IMG/VR virus record: IMGVR_UViG_3300021964_000018
Span: 77,039 to 141,038 of that record
DNA length: 64,000 nucleotides
From: a virus
Reading direction: 5' to 3' (one strand)
The notes below the pieces were generated by a model, which did no database searches, was not told the DNA's origin, and worked only from the letters and a program-made list of their open reading frames with translations. The position numbers and the translations under genes were made by a program. Below are positions 18,853 to 29,433 of this stretch, piece after piece. The stretch's first letter is position 1; each line of letters begins with the position of its first letter.

Positions 18853-19263
18853 GTGTTAATGTTATTATTGGGCCTATTAAAACCATTGCAAGCTGAAGAA
18901 AAGTATACAGAATTAAAACAGGGAGAACCGGCGCCATATGCCGGTATTTTATTGACAAAAGAAGCAATTGCTAAAATATATGCTGATCAAGAGGCAGAAA
19001 TTTCAAAATTAAAAGTCGAACATGAATATCAATTAAATAGTAGCAAATTATCTGCTGATACTAAATACAATTTACTTGACACGCGTTATAAATTAGATGT
19101 AGAAATGTATCAAGCAATGATAAAAAATAGAGATGACGCAATTAAAAAGCTACCTATATATTCACAAAGTTATAAATCTGACTTAAGTATGATTGGAGGA
19201 TTTGTCTTTGGCGCAATAACTACTGTCGGAATTGTGTATTCAGTTAATAAAATCACAGAGTAA
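18853..19263 (+). CDS. Secreted/membrane coiled-coil protein
   Basis: Signal-like N-terminus, GEPAPYAGILLT, C-terminal TM; SD GAGGAG. Confidence 0.6.
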   Translation: MLMLLLGLLKPLQAEEKYTELKQGEPAPYAGILLTKEAIAKIYADQEAEISKLKVEHEYQLNSSKLSADTKYNLLDTRYKLDVEMYQAMIKNRDDAIKKLPIYSQSYKSDLSMIGGFVFGAITTVGIVYSVNKITE

Positions 19264-19291
19264 TAAATAATTATTTCTGTTGGAGATAAAA

Positions 19292-22234
19292 ATGAAAATA
19301 CAAATTAACAAACATGTTTTAGAAGCTTTTAAAAAAAGACTACAAGAAAATAAATCGTCTCGAGGGGATATGGATTTTAATAGGACAACTGGTTTTTATG
19401 GAAATCACGGTTCTGTTAAATCTTTTACAGCGGGAGAAGATGACAGTGAAGAATTGCCTTTAGAGCCTAGCGCACACATGGCAACTCAATTATCATCCGA
19501 AGAACCGCCTGTAGATGATCCTGATTATGTTCCTGCTACAAATAAAGAGTTAGCATTAGCTTTGAGTAGAATTGCAAGGGAAGTTCCATTTGATCAAATT
19601 GAAAAATATTATAGAAAATCTCATAATACGTTAGATGATGTTTTAGATGCGCATGATGCCAATCTATTTGAGGCAATTGATTATGAGAAAATTCATCCAA
19701 TGCACCATAAGGCAATTAAAGATTTAATTAATCAGTATGTTAAAGGTAATTATTCTCCAGAAGATGCAGCTAAAATTATCAAAAACAATAGAAATGTTTC
19801 AAGATATCCAGGCGTAACACTCGATGACATTGTCGATGAATTAAATACAATAGCTAATGAACTCGATCCACAAGAAAAAGACACAGCGCCTCTTGAGCCC
19901 TCTGATCCTTTTGTTAATCCTCCTGCTGAATTAAAAGACTTAAGCCCGGCTAAAGAAAAAAAGAAAATTGCAAAGGGTGTTGTAATTGACTATGACAAAG
20001 AAAACGCAAAAGTTAAAAAATCAAAAGCTAAGAAACGCCATAGAAAGTTAAAAGACATCGAGCCGCCCTCAGAAGAAGCAATGGATAAACGTGCTGAAGA
20101 TGAAATGTTAGATATGCTAGCATCTGCATATTCAGAATTTACTGAGATGGATGAATATGCAGCAACATGGGACTGGAGCAATTATGAAAACGATGCTCCC
20201 TACTTGAAGGTCTTGTTTGATATTATTAAAGTATTGCATCAATTATCTTATAGGGTATTGCAAGCAAATTATATTAATAAGTATGGTGGTTATGTTTATG
20301 ACCCGGACGCTGATGTGGGAGGAAACAAAAAAGGCGGTTTTGTTTTATTGCAACAAGGTCCTACTTCGAGGCCTGAAGCGCAAGCAATGATAAGAAGAAT
20401 ATATGCAGATTTTGGATTAACATATGAAAATATGATGAGGCAGCAAAATATACTCAAAATGAGTATTGAAGATTTGTCCGCTGTAATTGAACGTGCTATG
20501 ATTGGAATATTTCAAAGAGTACCACAATTATATGCTCAATATTTAAAAGCAACGCCTGTTCACATGAAAAACGTTGGAATTGAAGGAGATCCTCAAGATG
20601 TCGCAAATGAAAACATTGGTTTTTTTGCAACAGTCTTGGCACATAAGTACAAAGGTGAATCTGAAATTTTAGATAGAGATCTGGTTAATGTTGCAATTGC
20701 AGGAATATTCAAAAGATGTTTGTTAGATTTGCCCACAGAGTTAGGAATTCAGACTTCTGTTAATCTATCCATTGACACTTTAACTAAAAAGAAAAAACAA
20801 AAAACAGATAAAACGTTTGGTTTTAATTTAGCAGGTGCAACTCGAAGATTTGAAAAGTTAAGAAAAGATCCTAAAATTGCAAAGGTTATAAAAAAATTAA
20901 TGCCTAAATTAATTTTAGGCAAAATTGAAGAAACAAAAACAGCAAAAGTCAGCAAAAAAGGCGGCAAATATAATTTTGAAGATAAGTCAACAGGATTAGG
21001 TTATGAATTAAGTGTAAAAGAACTTAAAAACAAAATTCAAATATATGTTGATGAAAGATTAAAAGGAAAGCAACCAACTTTTGATGAAGAAGAAGCAGAA
21101 AGAGAAGTAGATCTAGATCCGGAATATGATGCAGAAGCTGAAGAAAAAGAAATAAAAGGCAAACTTTCAAAAGATGATTATGAAGTCAGAAAAGCTGTGC
21201 AGGAAATGGAAAAAATGATAGCGTCAGGTGATTGGATGCATATAGCACCACTTTTTGGATTTTCTGGAGCACCAGGTGTAAGACAATGGTATTTAAGATA
21301 TCCGGAAAGAAAATTCATGATTATGACAGCTGCAAGATCTGACAATGCACCGGCCGGTGCTAAACGTTATTTAGATGTATTTAGAGAAATGAGAGAAAAC
21401 TTAGGTAATAGTTTAATAACTTTAAACCAAAATACTCCTGGTGTATTAGACCTCATGATTGATGAAATCGCCAACAAGGGCAGCTTAACAACATCAGATC
21501 AAGCAATGATTGAACTTTTAGAAGAAATGAGAGGAAACATTGAAGAATTATTAGTATTATATGAAGACTATGATTCGTATGAAGAATTAGAAGAACAAAA
21601 CCCAGAAGAACTTAAACGGCTATCAAATACACCTGGAGGATCACTTTTAAGATTTGGTATTGGAGCAGTCTTTGATAAAATCATCAAAGACATGGATACA
21701 GAATGGCATTCTGAAATGAAAGCTTATCTTGAAACTAAAAATGGTTTAAAAGAAAAAGATGCACGTGATTTAGCATATTATTTTACCGGTCTTAAAAATA
21801 AGCCTAGTAAAGGAGACTTTTCCGAAGACAAAGATAAATTATCAAAAGCTGCTCAGGCCTTTGTTGACGTCGGAATGGAAGCTGAGGAGTTTTTTGAGGC
21901 ATTAAGATATTCACAAGGATGGTTCTTTTCTACATTAGACAGGGAGCTTAGAAAAGGTGTAGAAGGAGACAATTATTATAATATGGTAAGAGATTTAACT
22001 AGTCAACCACTTTACAAAAAAGATAAAAAAGGTGTTATAAAACTTGATAAAAAAGTGTATAACATATTTAAAAAGATGATTGAAGGCAAAAACGGTGCAA
22101 TATCTGCTTATTTAGACAATTTAGCAATTGAAGAGTTTCAACAGGCAACTCAAAAAAAGATTGAAAAAATAAAGTCAGAAAAGCCTGAAATATTTATGGA
22201 AAATTTAAAAAATATTATTAGAAGGTTGATTTAG
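19292..22234 (+). CDS. Large hypothetical protein (possibly virion-associated)
   Basis: About 980-aa ORF; SD GGAG; ends MENLKNIIRRLI. Confidence 0.75.
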   Translation: MKIQINKHVLEAFKKRLQENKSSRGDMDFNRTTGFYGNHGSVKSFTAGEDDSEELPLEPSAHMATQLSSEEPPVDDPDYVPATNKELALALSRIAREVPFDQIEKYYRKSHNTLDDVLDAHDANLFEAIDYEKIHPMHHKAIKDLINQYVKGNYSPEDAAKIIKNNRNVSRYPGVTLDDIVDELNTIANELDPQEKDTAPLEPSDPFVNPPAELKDLSPAKEKKKIAKGVVIDYDKENAKVKKSKAKKRHRKLKDIEPPSEEAMDKRAEDEMLDMLASAYSEFTEMDEYAATWDWSNYENDAPYLKVLFDIIKVLHQLSYRVLQANYINKYGGYVYDPDADVGGNKKGGFVLLQQGPTSRPEAQAMIRRIYADFGLTYENMMRQQNILKMSIEDLSAVIERAMIGIFQRVPQLYAQYLKATPVHMKNVGIEGDPQDVANENIGFFATVLAHKYKGESEILDRDLVNVAIAGIFKRCLLDLPTELGIQTSVNLSIDTLTKKKKQKTDKTFGFNLAGATRRFEKLRKDPKIAKVIKKLMPKLILGKIEETKTAKVSKKGGKYNFEDKSTGLGYELSVKELKNKIQIYVDERLKGKQPTFDEEEAEREVDLDPEYDAEAEEKEIKGKLSKDDYEVRKAVQEMEKMIASGDWMHIAPLFGFSGAPGVRQWYLRYPERKFMIMTAARSDNAPAGAKRYLDVFREMRENLGNSLITLNQNTPGVLDLMIDEIANKGSLTTSDQAMIELLEEMRGNIEELLVLYEDYDSYEELEEQNPEELKRLSNTPGGSLLRFGIGAVFDKIIKDMDTEWHSEMKAYLETKNGLKEKDARDLAYYFTGLKNKPSKGDFSEDKDKLSKAAQAFVDVGMEAEEFFEALRYSQGWFFSTLDRELRKGVEGDNYYNMVRDLTSQPLYKKDKKGVIKLDKKVYNIFKKMIEGKNGAISAYLDNLAIEEFQQATQKKIEKIKSEKPEIFMENLKNIIRRLI

Positions 22235-22644
22235 TGTCTCGGTTATTAGAAAATATAATAAATAAAAGTATGTCTATTGATTTTGACATGAGTAAAAGTT
22301 ATAGTGAAAATATTAATAACAAAAACATATCAAAACTTACTAGCTCATTTAATGATGTACCAATTGACCCAATTGAATCAACTTGGCAAGAAGTTAAATA
22401 TGACAATAAATTATATTTCGAAAAAATTTATACTTTTAATGATACTAAACACATAAAATATTTTTTAAGCGAATATTTTGATGTGTATAAAAAACTAGGA
22501 TATGAACCTGAATTATTTATAAAAGGCAGAAAAGTTAAAGTTTATTTAGGGAATCCAGTCTTTGGAGATGTTTCAGAGTTAGACATTCAATTTTCAAAAT
22601 TCTTAGACGAAGTGTATGAAGATATATTTTATGTAAGAGATTGA
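22234..22644 (+). CDS. Degenerate pterin-4a-carbinolamine dehydratase-like protein
   Basis: W....KIYTFND..YF...GYEPEL..VKVYL..VSELDIQFSKFLDE pattern; catalytic His residues absent. Confidence 0.45.
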   Translation: MSRLLENIINKSMSIDFDMSKSYSENINNKNISKLTSSFNDVPIDPIESTWQEVKYDNKLYFEKIYTFNDTKHIKYFLSEYFDVYKKLGYEPELFIKGRKVKVYLGNPVFGDVSELDIQFSKFLDEVYEDIFYVRD

Positions 22645-22647
22645 TAC

Positions 22648-22974
22648 ATGTCTTTCTTTATAAGTGATGAGTTAAAAGATCAAATTAATATTAAAGATTC
22701 TGCTAAAGAAGAACAACCTGCAGCATCTTCTTTTTATTTCAAAATAAAAGAAACAAATTATTATTTTGATTTAATTTCAATAAAAAGAAAAAACAGTATT
22801 TTAACAATGTTTGTCAAGGTCTCATCATACGATCCTATGTTTTTAGTAAAGCCTGATAGTGATATTGAAGTATATGACAAAAATGAAATGTTAGGTTTTA
22901 TGATATATAATGATATTTTTATTGAAAAAAAGAAATCTCATTACAAAATAAAGTTTAAAGTATCAGTTTGCTGA
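22648..22974 (+). CDS. Hypothetical protein
   Basis: ORF track. Confidence 0.6.
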   Translation: MSFFISDELKDQINIKDSAKEEQPAASSFYFKIKETNYYFDLISIKRKNSILTMFVKVSSYDPMFLVKPDSDIEVYDKNEMLGFMIYNDIFIEKKKSHYKIKFKVSVC

Positions 22975-23004
22975 AATAAATATTAAAAGAATTAGGAGAA
23001 AGTT

Positions 23005-23775
23005 ATGATTAAAATTAACACCGAGCAAGAATTAATTCAGTTTTTAAAATTAATTTCTGAAGAAGCTGTTACGAAGTCTCAACAGGTTTTAGATAAAGAT
23101 CCTTATATCCAACAATTTAAAATCGAAAATGAAAAAAATAACAAGATATATGAGCAAGAGGAAGAGGAAGCAGCAGAAGAAGAGGAACCTGCCGAAGAAG
23201 AGGAAGCTCCAGCTGAAGAAACTCCTGAGGATTCTGGTGAAGAAGAAGCAGAGGAAGAAGGCGGAGAAGATGTTGAAGAGGAAGATGACTTAAATCCTGC
23301 AGCAAAAAAAGCATTAGAACTTCCTGATTATAAATCAGGAGATGAAGTAACGATCGATCAAGTATTAACAGCAATTAATCTTGTTCGTGCTGGTAGTTCA
23401 ACTAAAGATAAAAAGACAAAAACAGAAATTTCCGATTATTTTGATAGATTAGACAAAGAAGAAAAAGGAGTTTTATTAATCTTTTTAAAAGAGCTAGCAA
23501 AAATTATGACCGGAGCTACTGAAGGTGATGATGCTCAAGATCCTAGCGAGCCAAAAGCTTTCTTTGATATTATTACTACTAAAGATGAAGAAAAAGAAGA
23601 AAAACCCTCTCAAGATTCTGAAAAGTCTGCAGATGCTGGTTTAAAATCTAAAGAGCAAATTCAACCTGATAATCAGTCTAGGGGTGAAGAAGACACAACA
23701 CCTCCAATTAGAGTCAATGAAGTACAAGATATGACAGCTCTTCGAAATAAAGTAAGAATGTTAATGAATGGATAA
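23005..23775 (+). CDS. Acidic hypothetical protein
   Basis: ORF track; SD AGGAG; Glu-rich. Confidence 0.7.
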   Translation: MIKINTEQELIQFLKLISEEAVTKSQQVLDKDPYIQQFKIENEKNNKIYEQEEEEAAEEEEPAEEEEAPAEETPEDSGEEEAEEEGGEDVEEEDDLNPAAKKALELPDYKSGDEVTIDQVLTAINLVRAGSSTKDKKTKTEISDYFDRLDKEEKGVLLIFLKELAKIMTGATEGDDAQDPSEPKAFFDIITTKDEEKEEKPSQDSEKSADAGLKSKEQIQPDNQSRGEEDTTPPIRVNEVQDMTALRNKVRMLMNG

Positions 23776-23778
23776 AAA

Positions 23779-24903
23779 ATGAAAATCAAAAGAAGCGACT
23801 TAGAAAAATTAATCCAAACTAATCTTATGAATGAAATTGTGTCATTATCTACTGGTGGTACAAATTATGAAACTGTAGATTATGAAAAGTGTGATATTAA
23901 AATACCACAAATTTTTAAAGATGTTTTTTTAAATACATTTTATGACGGTATAACGCCAAGAGAAGTTCGTTCTGCAATGTCCCAACATTTTGAAGAAAGC
24001 AATCCTAGATCAAATAAGGAAAAAGCAGCAAGAATAGCTGCTGTATTTAATGATGATGTTATTAATAATATCACAAGTTTATTAACATCTTTTGCAAACA
24101 TAGCAGGTGTTCCCGCTGTTGTTTGTAATTTTTTACAACTTGCAATAAATGAATTTGAAGATCTTTTTAAGACATATGTTGATTTAGACAAAGATGAAGA
24201 TAATAAGCTAGGTGATAATGTTTTACCTTTTGCTATTAAAAATTTAAAAGATGCATTGACAATTGCAATGAGTAGGATTGAAACAGACTCGAATGGTATT
24301 AACACCGATATAATATTTATAGATCCTGCCGTTCCAATGCAAAACAACCCAGAATATAATTCTATATTACTTTTAATCTGCGGAGGTGAATTATTTGAAA
24401 CACTTCCTCCAAAAGCAGGGGCCATGAAGCTTCAGGATGACGATAGGGAGTTTTTTGCTAAGCTAAAACAAATTGACAATACATTTATGGATTTTCAAGA
24501 TGAAATGAATAGGCTTTATTCTAGATTAGATAAAAACTCTACATATATACGCATCGCCTCAGATATGACGTCCATTATAAGCGAAAACTTAATTTCAAAT
24601 AATTTATCTTCGGAACAGTCTAGTGTCGAAAGTGCTATCCAAAATGCATTGACAGATACTAAGCTTATTGAATCTTTAGAAAAAAATGATGCCGAAGCTT
24701 CAGAAGAAAAGGCGGTGGTTAATAAGAAAAAATATGTTAAAAGTTGTATTCAATTATTTGAATATATATATTCAATGTGTTATTATCATTTAATAAATGT
24801 AATACCTAGAAGGTCAGGAACAAACGATATTCAAATATATTATGAAAATAATCCAAACTTTTATACACTTCTTCGACAATTAGCACCAAAATATTTAAGG
24901 TAA
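23779..24903 (+). CDS. Hypothetical protein with leader (MKIKRSDLEKLIQTNLMNE)
   Basis: Leader-like N-terminus. Confidence 0.7.
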   Translation: MKIKRSDLEKLIQTNLMNEIVSLSTGGTNYETVDYEKCDIKIPQIFKDVFLNTFYDGITPREVRSAMSQHFEESNPRSNKEKAARIAAVFNDDVINNITSLLTSFANIAGVPAVVCNFLQLAINEFEDLFKTYVDLDKDEDNKLGDNVLPFAIKNLKDALTIAMSRIETDSNGINTDIIFIDPAVPMQNNPEYNSILLLICGGELFETLPPKAGAMKLQDDDREFFAKLKQIDNTFMDFQDEMNRLYSRLDKNSTYIRIASDMTSIISENLISNNLSSEQSSVESAIQNALTDTKLIESLEKNDAEASEEKAVVNKKKYVKSCIQLFEYIYSMCYYHLINVIPRRSGTNDIQIYYENNPNFYTLLRQLAPKYLR

Positions 24904-24969
24904 AATTTTTATATTTTAGATTTTCTCATTAATATTCCTTAATAAGTTTAACGTTATTAAGGAGAAGAC

Positions 24970-25323
24970 ATGCGTGACACAAAAAATTGGGTACCAGAAA
25001 TCATGTACGAAGATGCTGAAGATGGTTTAACTTCTAAAATTCCTTTTATTATGGTTCCAAAAGAAGAAGAAATGCCAAAACTTTTATTTATGTTTGAAAG
25101 TAGAGAAACAGGTGAATATGAACCCGGGCCTGAGGGTGAGCAATTACCTATTATTGACATGGAATTACATCAATATGCTGACATGGTTTATTTGAAGCAG
25201 GGATTAACACCTGAATTATATGACCAAGTAAGACTATGTCTAGGATTAAAGCCTCTGTCTACAGCTGTGGTTGAAGGTAAAGAAATAACTGATCGTATCA
25301 GAGAAAAAATTACTAATCAATAG
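24970..25323 (+). CDS. Hypothetical protein
   Basis: ORF track; SD AAGGAG. Confidence 0.7.
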   Translation: MRDTKNWVPEIMYEDAEDGLTSKIPFIMVPKEEEMPKLLFMFESRETGEYEPGPEGEQLPIIDMELHQYADMVYLKQGLTPELYDQVRLCLGLKPLSTAVVEGKEITDRIREKITNQ

Positions 25324-25404
25324 GAATATTTAATTGCAACGTTATATGTATAACAAGTAAAGTTAAGTCGTAATTTTATTTAATAATAAAGGAGAAATTA
25401 AAAG

Positions 25405-25869
25405 ATGCGCTTAGATATGGATAGAATCTGTCAATTAGCAGGTATAAAAGGAACTAGTTCACACAGACGTACAGCAGGAATGCTTCGTGAAAGTGCTCAT
25501 GATCAAGAAGAAGGTATGCATTACGAAGAAAAAGAAGCTGAAGAAGGTATGCATTACGAATCATTAGATAAAGAAGAAGGCGAAGAAGGCGAAGGAGCAA
25601 ACGAGATGGTAGAGATTGATGAAGTTATGTTAGTTCAAGAACTTCGTCGAGCTAAAAGATTAATGAATGAGTCTAGAAAGAGAAAAGCCGCTAAGCGTCA
25701 ACAACTTCAAGAAATGCAGCTTAAAGCTGTTATTGATCAAGAAGTTAAAAATGTTATCAAGGACATGCAATTAAATTCTGGATGGGTTTACGGAGATAGA
25801 AAGCCAACTAGATCACGCAATGGTTTTACTCATCAAGGATCCTACCTTAAAGGTATTGGATTTAAGTAG
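25405..25869 (+). CDS. Hypothetical protein (scaffold/core-like acidic-basic composition)
   Basis: ORF track; EEGMHYE repeated twice. Confidence 0.65.
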   Translation: MRLDMDRICQLAGIKGTSSHRRTAGMLRESAHDQEEGMHYEEKEAEEGMHYESLDKEEGEEGEGANEMVEIDEVMLVQELRRAKRLMNESRKRKAAKRQQLQEMQLKAVIDQEVKNVIKDMQLNSGWVYGDRKPTRSRNGFTHQGSYLKGIGFK

Positions 25870-25951
25870 GATATAATAATCTTACGACAATTTTATTTAT
25901 AAATTTGTCCTATTTGACTGTATTATTACCTAGAATTAATTTGGAGGTAGT

Positions 25952-26398
25952 ATGGAGTATCAAGTAGGACAAATTTTGTATTTGTGTAATGAAAAGAAAA
26001 TGAATATATTCCCAATACAAGTTGTTGAAGAAGTAATAAGAACAACTTTGGATGGAAAAGAAAAGACATATATTGTGATGTTGCCAGATAAAGAAAAAAC
26101 TCAATTTAGTATTGATAAAGTCAAAGATGATTTATTTTTATCTTTGGAAGAAGTTAAAAATCATATGATAAAAAATGCGACAACTGCAATAAACAATATG
26201 GCAAAATCAGCAAAAGATCTAGAAAGATTAGCATTTAATATCAAGCAAGAAAAAGAACAACAGCCTGTTTTAAAAGAAGTTCAAAATAATAATGACGTGC
26301 AAGTAGATACCAATGATGATATAATAACAGTGGACCTTGGCGGTGGCGTTAAGGCAAAAATGAATACAAAAAATCTAAACAAGGTAGCAAATCAGTGA
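25952..26398 (+). CDS. Hypothetical protein
   Basis: ORF track; SD GGAGG. Confidence 0.7.
   Translation: MEYQVGQILYLCNEKKMNIFPIQVVEEVIRTTLDGKEKTYIVMLPDKEKTQFSIDKVKDDLFLSLEEVKNHMIKNATTAINNMAKSAKDLERLAFNIKQEKEQQPVLKEVQNNNDVQVDTNDDIITVDLGGGVKAKMNTKNLNKVANQ
26298..26325 (+). promoter_or_regulatory. TGCAAG-N16-TATAAT promoter (intragenic, upstream of exonuclease)
   Basis: Variant -35 with identical spacing. Confidence 0.5.
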
Positions 26399-27195
26399 AA
26401 GTTTTATTTTTAGACGCATATAATTTAATTTACAGAGCACGTAGCGGTTTCACACAAGGGGAGTATGCTGTTGTATATAACTTCTTCAGAGGTGTCAGGC
26501 CTTTAGTTGAAAAATTTTCACCTGATAAGGTGTACTTTGTATTGGAAGGCAATCCTAAATTTAGAAAACAACTTAGCGAAGGAAATTACAAAGGTAATAG
26601 AGAATCTGCAGGTGATGATTTTCATCGACAAAAAGCAGCAATTATTAATATTGTAGGTGAACTGTTTCCATTTGAGTCTGTGAGACACCCAGAATTAGAA
26701 TGTGATGATACAATTGCAACATTAGCAATGCAGCATGCAGCAGATGGAGATGAAATAACAATTATTAGTTCAGATTCTGATTTTATTCAGTTGTTAAATA
26801 TTGACAGGTACGATATTCAAATTTATAATCCTGTTAAAAAGAAATATTTTGAAACACCAGAGTATGATTACGTTACATGGAAGGCATTACGTGGAGATGC
26901 AACTGATAATATACCTGGTATTCCAGGTATTGGTGATAAAACTGCAACTAAAATCGTATCAGATCCTCAAAAAATGAAAACGCTTCTTGAAAATAAAGAA
27001 AAAAGAGAAATATTTGAAAGAAATGTAAATTTAATTAGACTAGTTGATTTTTCTAACGACATGTCAAAATTAGAAAGTAGAACCGGTTCTGGCGATTGGG
27101 ATATGATCGAACAAACATTTGAAGATTTAGGTTTTGAATCAATGCTAAAAGAAAAGACATGGAACAAATACGTAAAAACATTTGAGGGGTTATAA
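26395..27195 (+). CDS. 5'-3' exonuclease / flap endonuclease (T4 RNase H or PolI N-domain-like)
   Basis: LDAYNLIYR, YKGNR, ECDDTIATL, SSDSDFIQL, GDATDNIPGIPGIGDKTA. Confidence 0.93.
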   Translation: MKVLFLDAYNLIYRARSGFTQGEYAVVYNFFRGVRPLVEKFSPDKVYFVLEGNPKFRKQLSEGNYKGNRESAGDDFHRQKAAIINIVGELFPFESVRHPELECDDTIATLAMQHAADGDEITIISSDSDFIQLLNIDRYDIQIYNPVKKKYFETPEYDYVTWKALRGDATDNIPGIPGIGDKTATKIVSDPQKMKTLLENKEKREIFERNVNLIRLVDFSNDMSKLESRTGSGDWDMIEQTFEDLGFESMLKEKTWNKYVKTFEGL

Positions 27196-27196
27196 A

Positions 27197-27403
27197 ATGT
27201 ATTTAAGTGATGACGTACAAAAGACATTAAGAGGGTTAGGAAAAATATCCGAACAAGAGGTTGTAAAAAAAGAAGGCGACATATACGTTGCATTTAACGT
27301 TTTAACCAGCGAAAGTAGAATATTAACATCAGATCACCAACTGATTGAATCATTGTCATCAAACAGAGGAGGTCGACCAAATCAACAAATTTTAAAGGGT
27401 TAA
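27197..27403 (+). CDS. Hypothetical protein
   Basis: ORF track; SD GAGG. Confidence 0.6.
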   Translation: MYLSDDVQKTLRGLGKISEQEVVKKEGDIYVAFNVLTSESRILTSDHQLIESLSSNRGGRPNQQILKG

Positions 27404-27404
27404 T

Positions 27405-29024
27405 ATGGAAATCAAAAGAGAAGTAATTTTTAAAGATAGTTTTGAAAGTAAAATAAAAAAAGGAATTGACACACTTTCAAATGCAGTTAAAACAACAATG
27501 GGGCCTAAAGGAAAATTAGTTCTTATTCAGAGAGAAGGACAACACCCAATCGTAACAAAAGATGGCGTAACAGTTGCTAATTCTATCAATCTAGTGGATG
27601 AAGTAGAAAATTTAGGCGTTAAAGTTTTAAAAGAAGCAGCATCTAGAACTGCTGATGAAGCGGGTGACGGAACAACTACCTCAACTGTTTTAGCACAAGC
27701 CATTTTTAACGAAGGCTTAAAAATGAAGTCTGCAGGATTTCAAATTGATTTAATTAAAAGAGGTATTGATTCTTCACTTAAATTAATTAAAGATTATTTA
27801 CTTGAAGCAAAAAAAGATGTAACGAGTAATGAAGAATTAAAGCAAGTTGCAATGATATCTGCAAACGGTGAAGAAGAAATTGCTAATCTTATTGTCGACG
27901 CAATTCAGGCAGCTGGACCTGATGGGTCAGTCATTGTTGAAGAAGCAAAAGGATTTAAATCAGAGCTTAATGTTGTTGATGGTTTTCGATTAGAGCGCGG
28001 ATATTTGTCGCCTTATTTTGTAACAGATAAAAATAAAATGACATGTGAATTTGAACGCCCTTTAATCCTAATTGCCGACAGAGAATTCAATACAATACAC
28101 GACCTTATGAAACCATTGGAAACGGCTTTGGATTCATCCAGGCCTATTCTGATCATCGGAAATGATATCCAAGGTGATGCTCTTCAAGGAATGGTATTAA
28201 ATAAAGTAAAAGGATCGTTGCGGGTTTGTGCAATTAAGTCTCCGGGTTTTGGCGGGTCTAGACATGATATGTTGGTAGATTTGCAGTCAGTTATAGGAGG
28301 TGAAGTAATTACATCTTCGTTTAATATGAGCGAATTTAAAATGGAGCATTTTGGAACGTGTGAAAAATGTATTATTCATAAAAACATGACAATGATTATT
28401 TCAAAAGACACGAAGCAAAAAAATAAAAAGATTGAGGAACGAATCGATTCAATTCGAAGCCGCCTGCTAGAAAGATATTCATTGCAAGATGGTGAAGAAA
28501 ACATTTTAAAGTATCGTTTACAACAATTGTCGGGAGGTATTGCAATATTACGAGTTGGAGCTGCTACAGAATCTGAATTGATTGAGAGGTATGATCGTGT
28601 TGATGACGCATTGCATGCAACGAGGGCAGCTTTGCAAGAAGGAATCTTACCAGGTGGAGGAGTTGCATTAGCAAGAAGTTCAAAAAAGCTTAAGGAATTA
28701 TCGACAACAATTGATAATCCTGATATAAAAGCTGGAGTTGAAATAATGTTAAGAGCTGTTACGTCGCCTTTTAAGCAAATCATAAAAAATGGCAATAAGT
28801 CAGATCAAACGTTATTAGATGCTGTGATTGAAAAAGATAATAATACAGGTTATGATTCTAGAAATAATAAGTTTGGTGATATGTATTCTTTGGGAATTGT
28901 GGATCCACATAAAGTTGTTAGATGTGCAATTGAAAATGCAACGTCTGCAGCAACAATGTTGTTGAGTGTTGAATGTTGTCTTATAAGTTTGAAACAAGAA
29001 AATTCAGAAGATAATTATAATTAA
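27405..29024 (+). CDS. groEL: Group I chaperonin GroEL (divergent, no GGM tail)
   Basis: TMGPKG, TKDGVTVA, GDGTTT, RGYLSPYF, GGGVAL. Confidence 0.95.
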   Translation: MEIKREVIFKDSFESKIKKGIDTLSNAVKTTMGPKGKLVLIQREGQHPIVTKDGVTVANSINLVDEVENLGVKVLKEAASRTADEAGDGTTTSTVLAQAIFNEGLKMKSAGFQIDLIKRGIDSSLKLIKDYLLEAKKDVTSNEELKQVAMISANGEEEIANLIVDAIQAAGPDGSVIVEEAKGFKSELNVVDGFRLERGYLSPYFVTDKNKMTCEFERPLILIADREFNTIHDLMKPLETALDSSRPILIIGNDIQGDALQGMVLNKVKGSLRVCAIKSPGFGGSRHDMLVDLQSVIGGEVITSSFNMSEFKMEHFGTCEKCIIHKNMTMIISKDTKQKNKKIEERIDSIRSRLLERYSLQDGEENILKYRLQQLSGGIAILRVGAATESELIERYDRVDDALHATRAALQEGILPGGGVALARSSKKLKELSTTIDNPDIKAGVEIMLRAVTSPFKQIIKNGNKSDQTLLDAVIEKDNNTGYDSRNNKFGDMYSLGIVDPHKVVRCAIENATSAATMLLSVECCLISLKQENSEDNYN

Positions 29025-29048
29025 ACATTATATTGTCGGAGATGCAAC

Positions 29049-29432
29049 ATGAGCAATAAAAAAGTTATATTAAAAGAATTAGATAAAATAGAGATGATTG
29101 CTGAATCTTTATATAAAATGGATAGAAAATTATCTTCAACTACATTAACTTTAAAATTAGAAAGAGATACTCATGTTCCAGATTTAATGACACGTATTAG
29201 AATATTACCGGGTGTAGCTGTAGTTGCACAAAAAGATAAGGTTGCTAGATTTTTTGATGGTGATGCACAGTTAATGATAAATATTAAATTTTTGCCAAAA
29301 TCTAATGCAATTTTAAAATCAATTAAACATTTAGCGAAAATGATTCGCAATTTACCAGGAGTTAAGTCGATAGCAGTTGAAACGTATGATAAAAGAAAAA
29401 TATCAATGCACGGAAAAAAATTAATTTTATAA
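29049..29432 (+). CDS. Hypothetical protein
   Basis: ORF track; SD GGAG. Confidence 0.65.
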   Translation: MSNKKVILKELDKIEMIAESLYKMDRKLSSTTLTLKLERDTHVPDLMTRIRILPGVAVVAQKDKVARFFDGDAQLMINIKFLPKSNAILKSIKHLAKMIRNLPGVKSIAVETYDKRKISMHGKKLIL

Positions 29433-29433
29433 T

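Noticed and set aside
16770-23290. Similar EQEEEEAAEEEEPAEE tracts in the 16542 and 23005 ORFs
   Set aside because: Low-complexity acidic linkers, insufficient to claim homology
25507-25560. 21-nt direct repeat (EEGMHYE twice)
   Set aside because: Simple in-frame coding duplication in a low-complexity region
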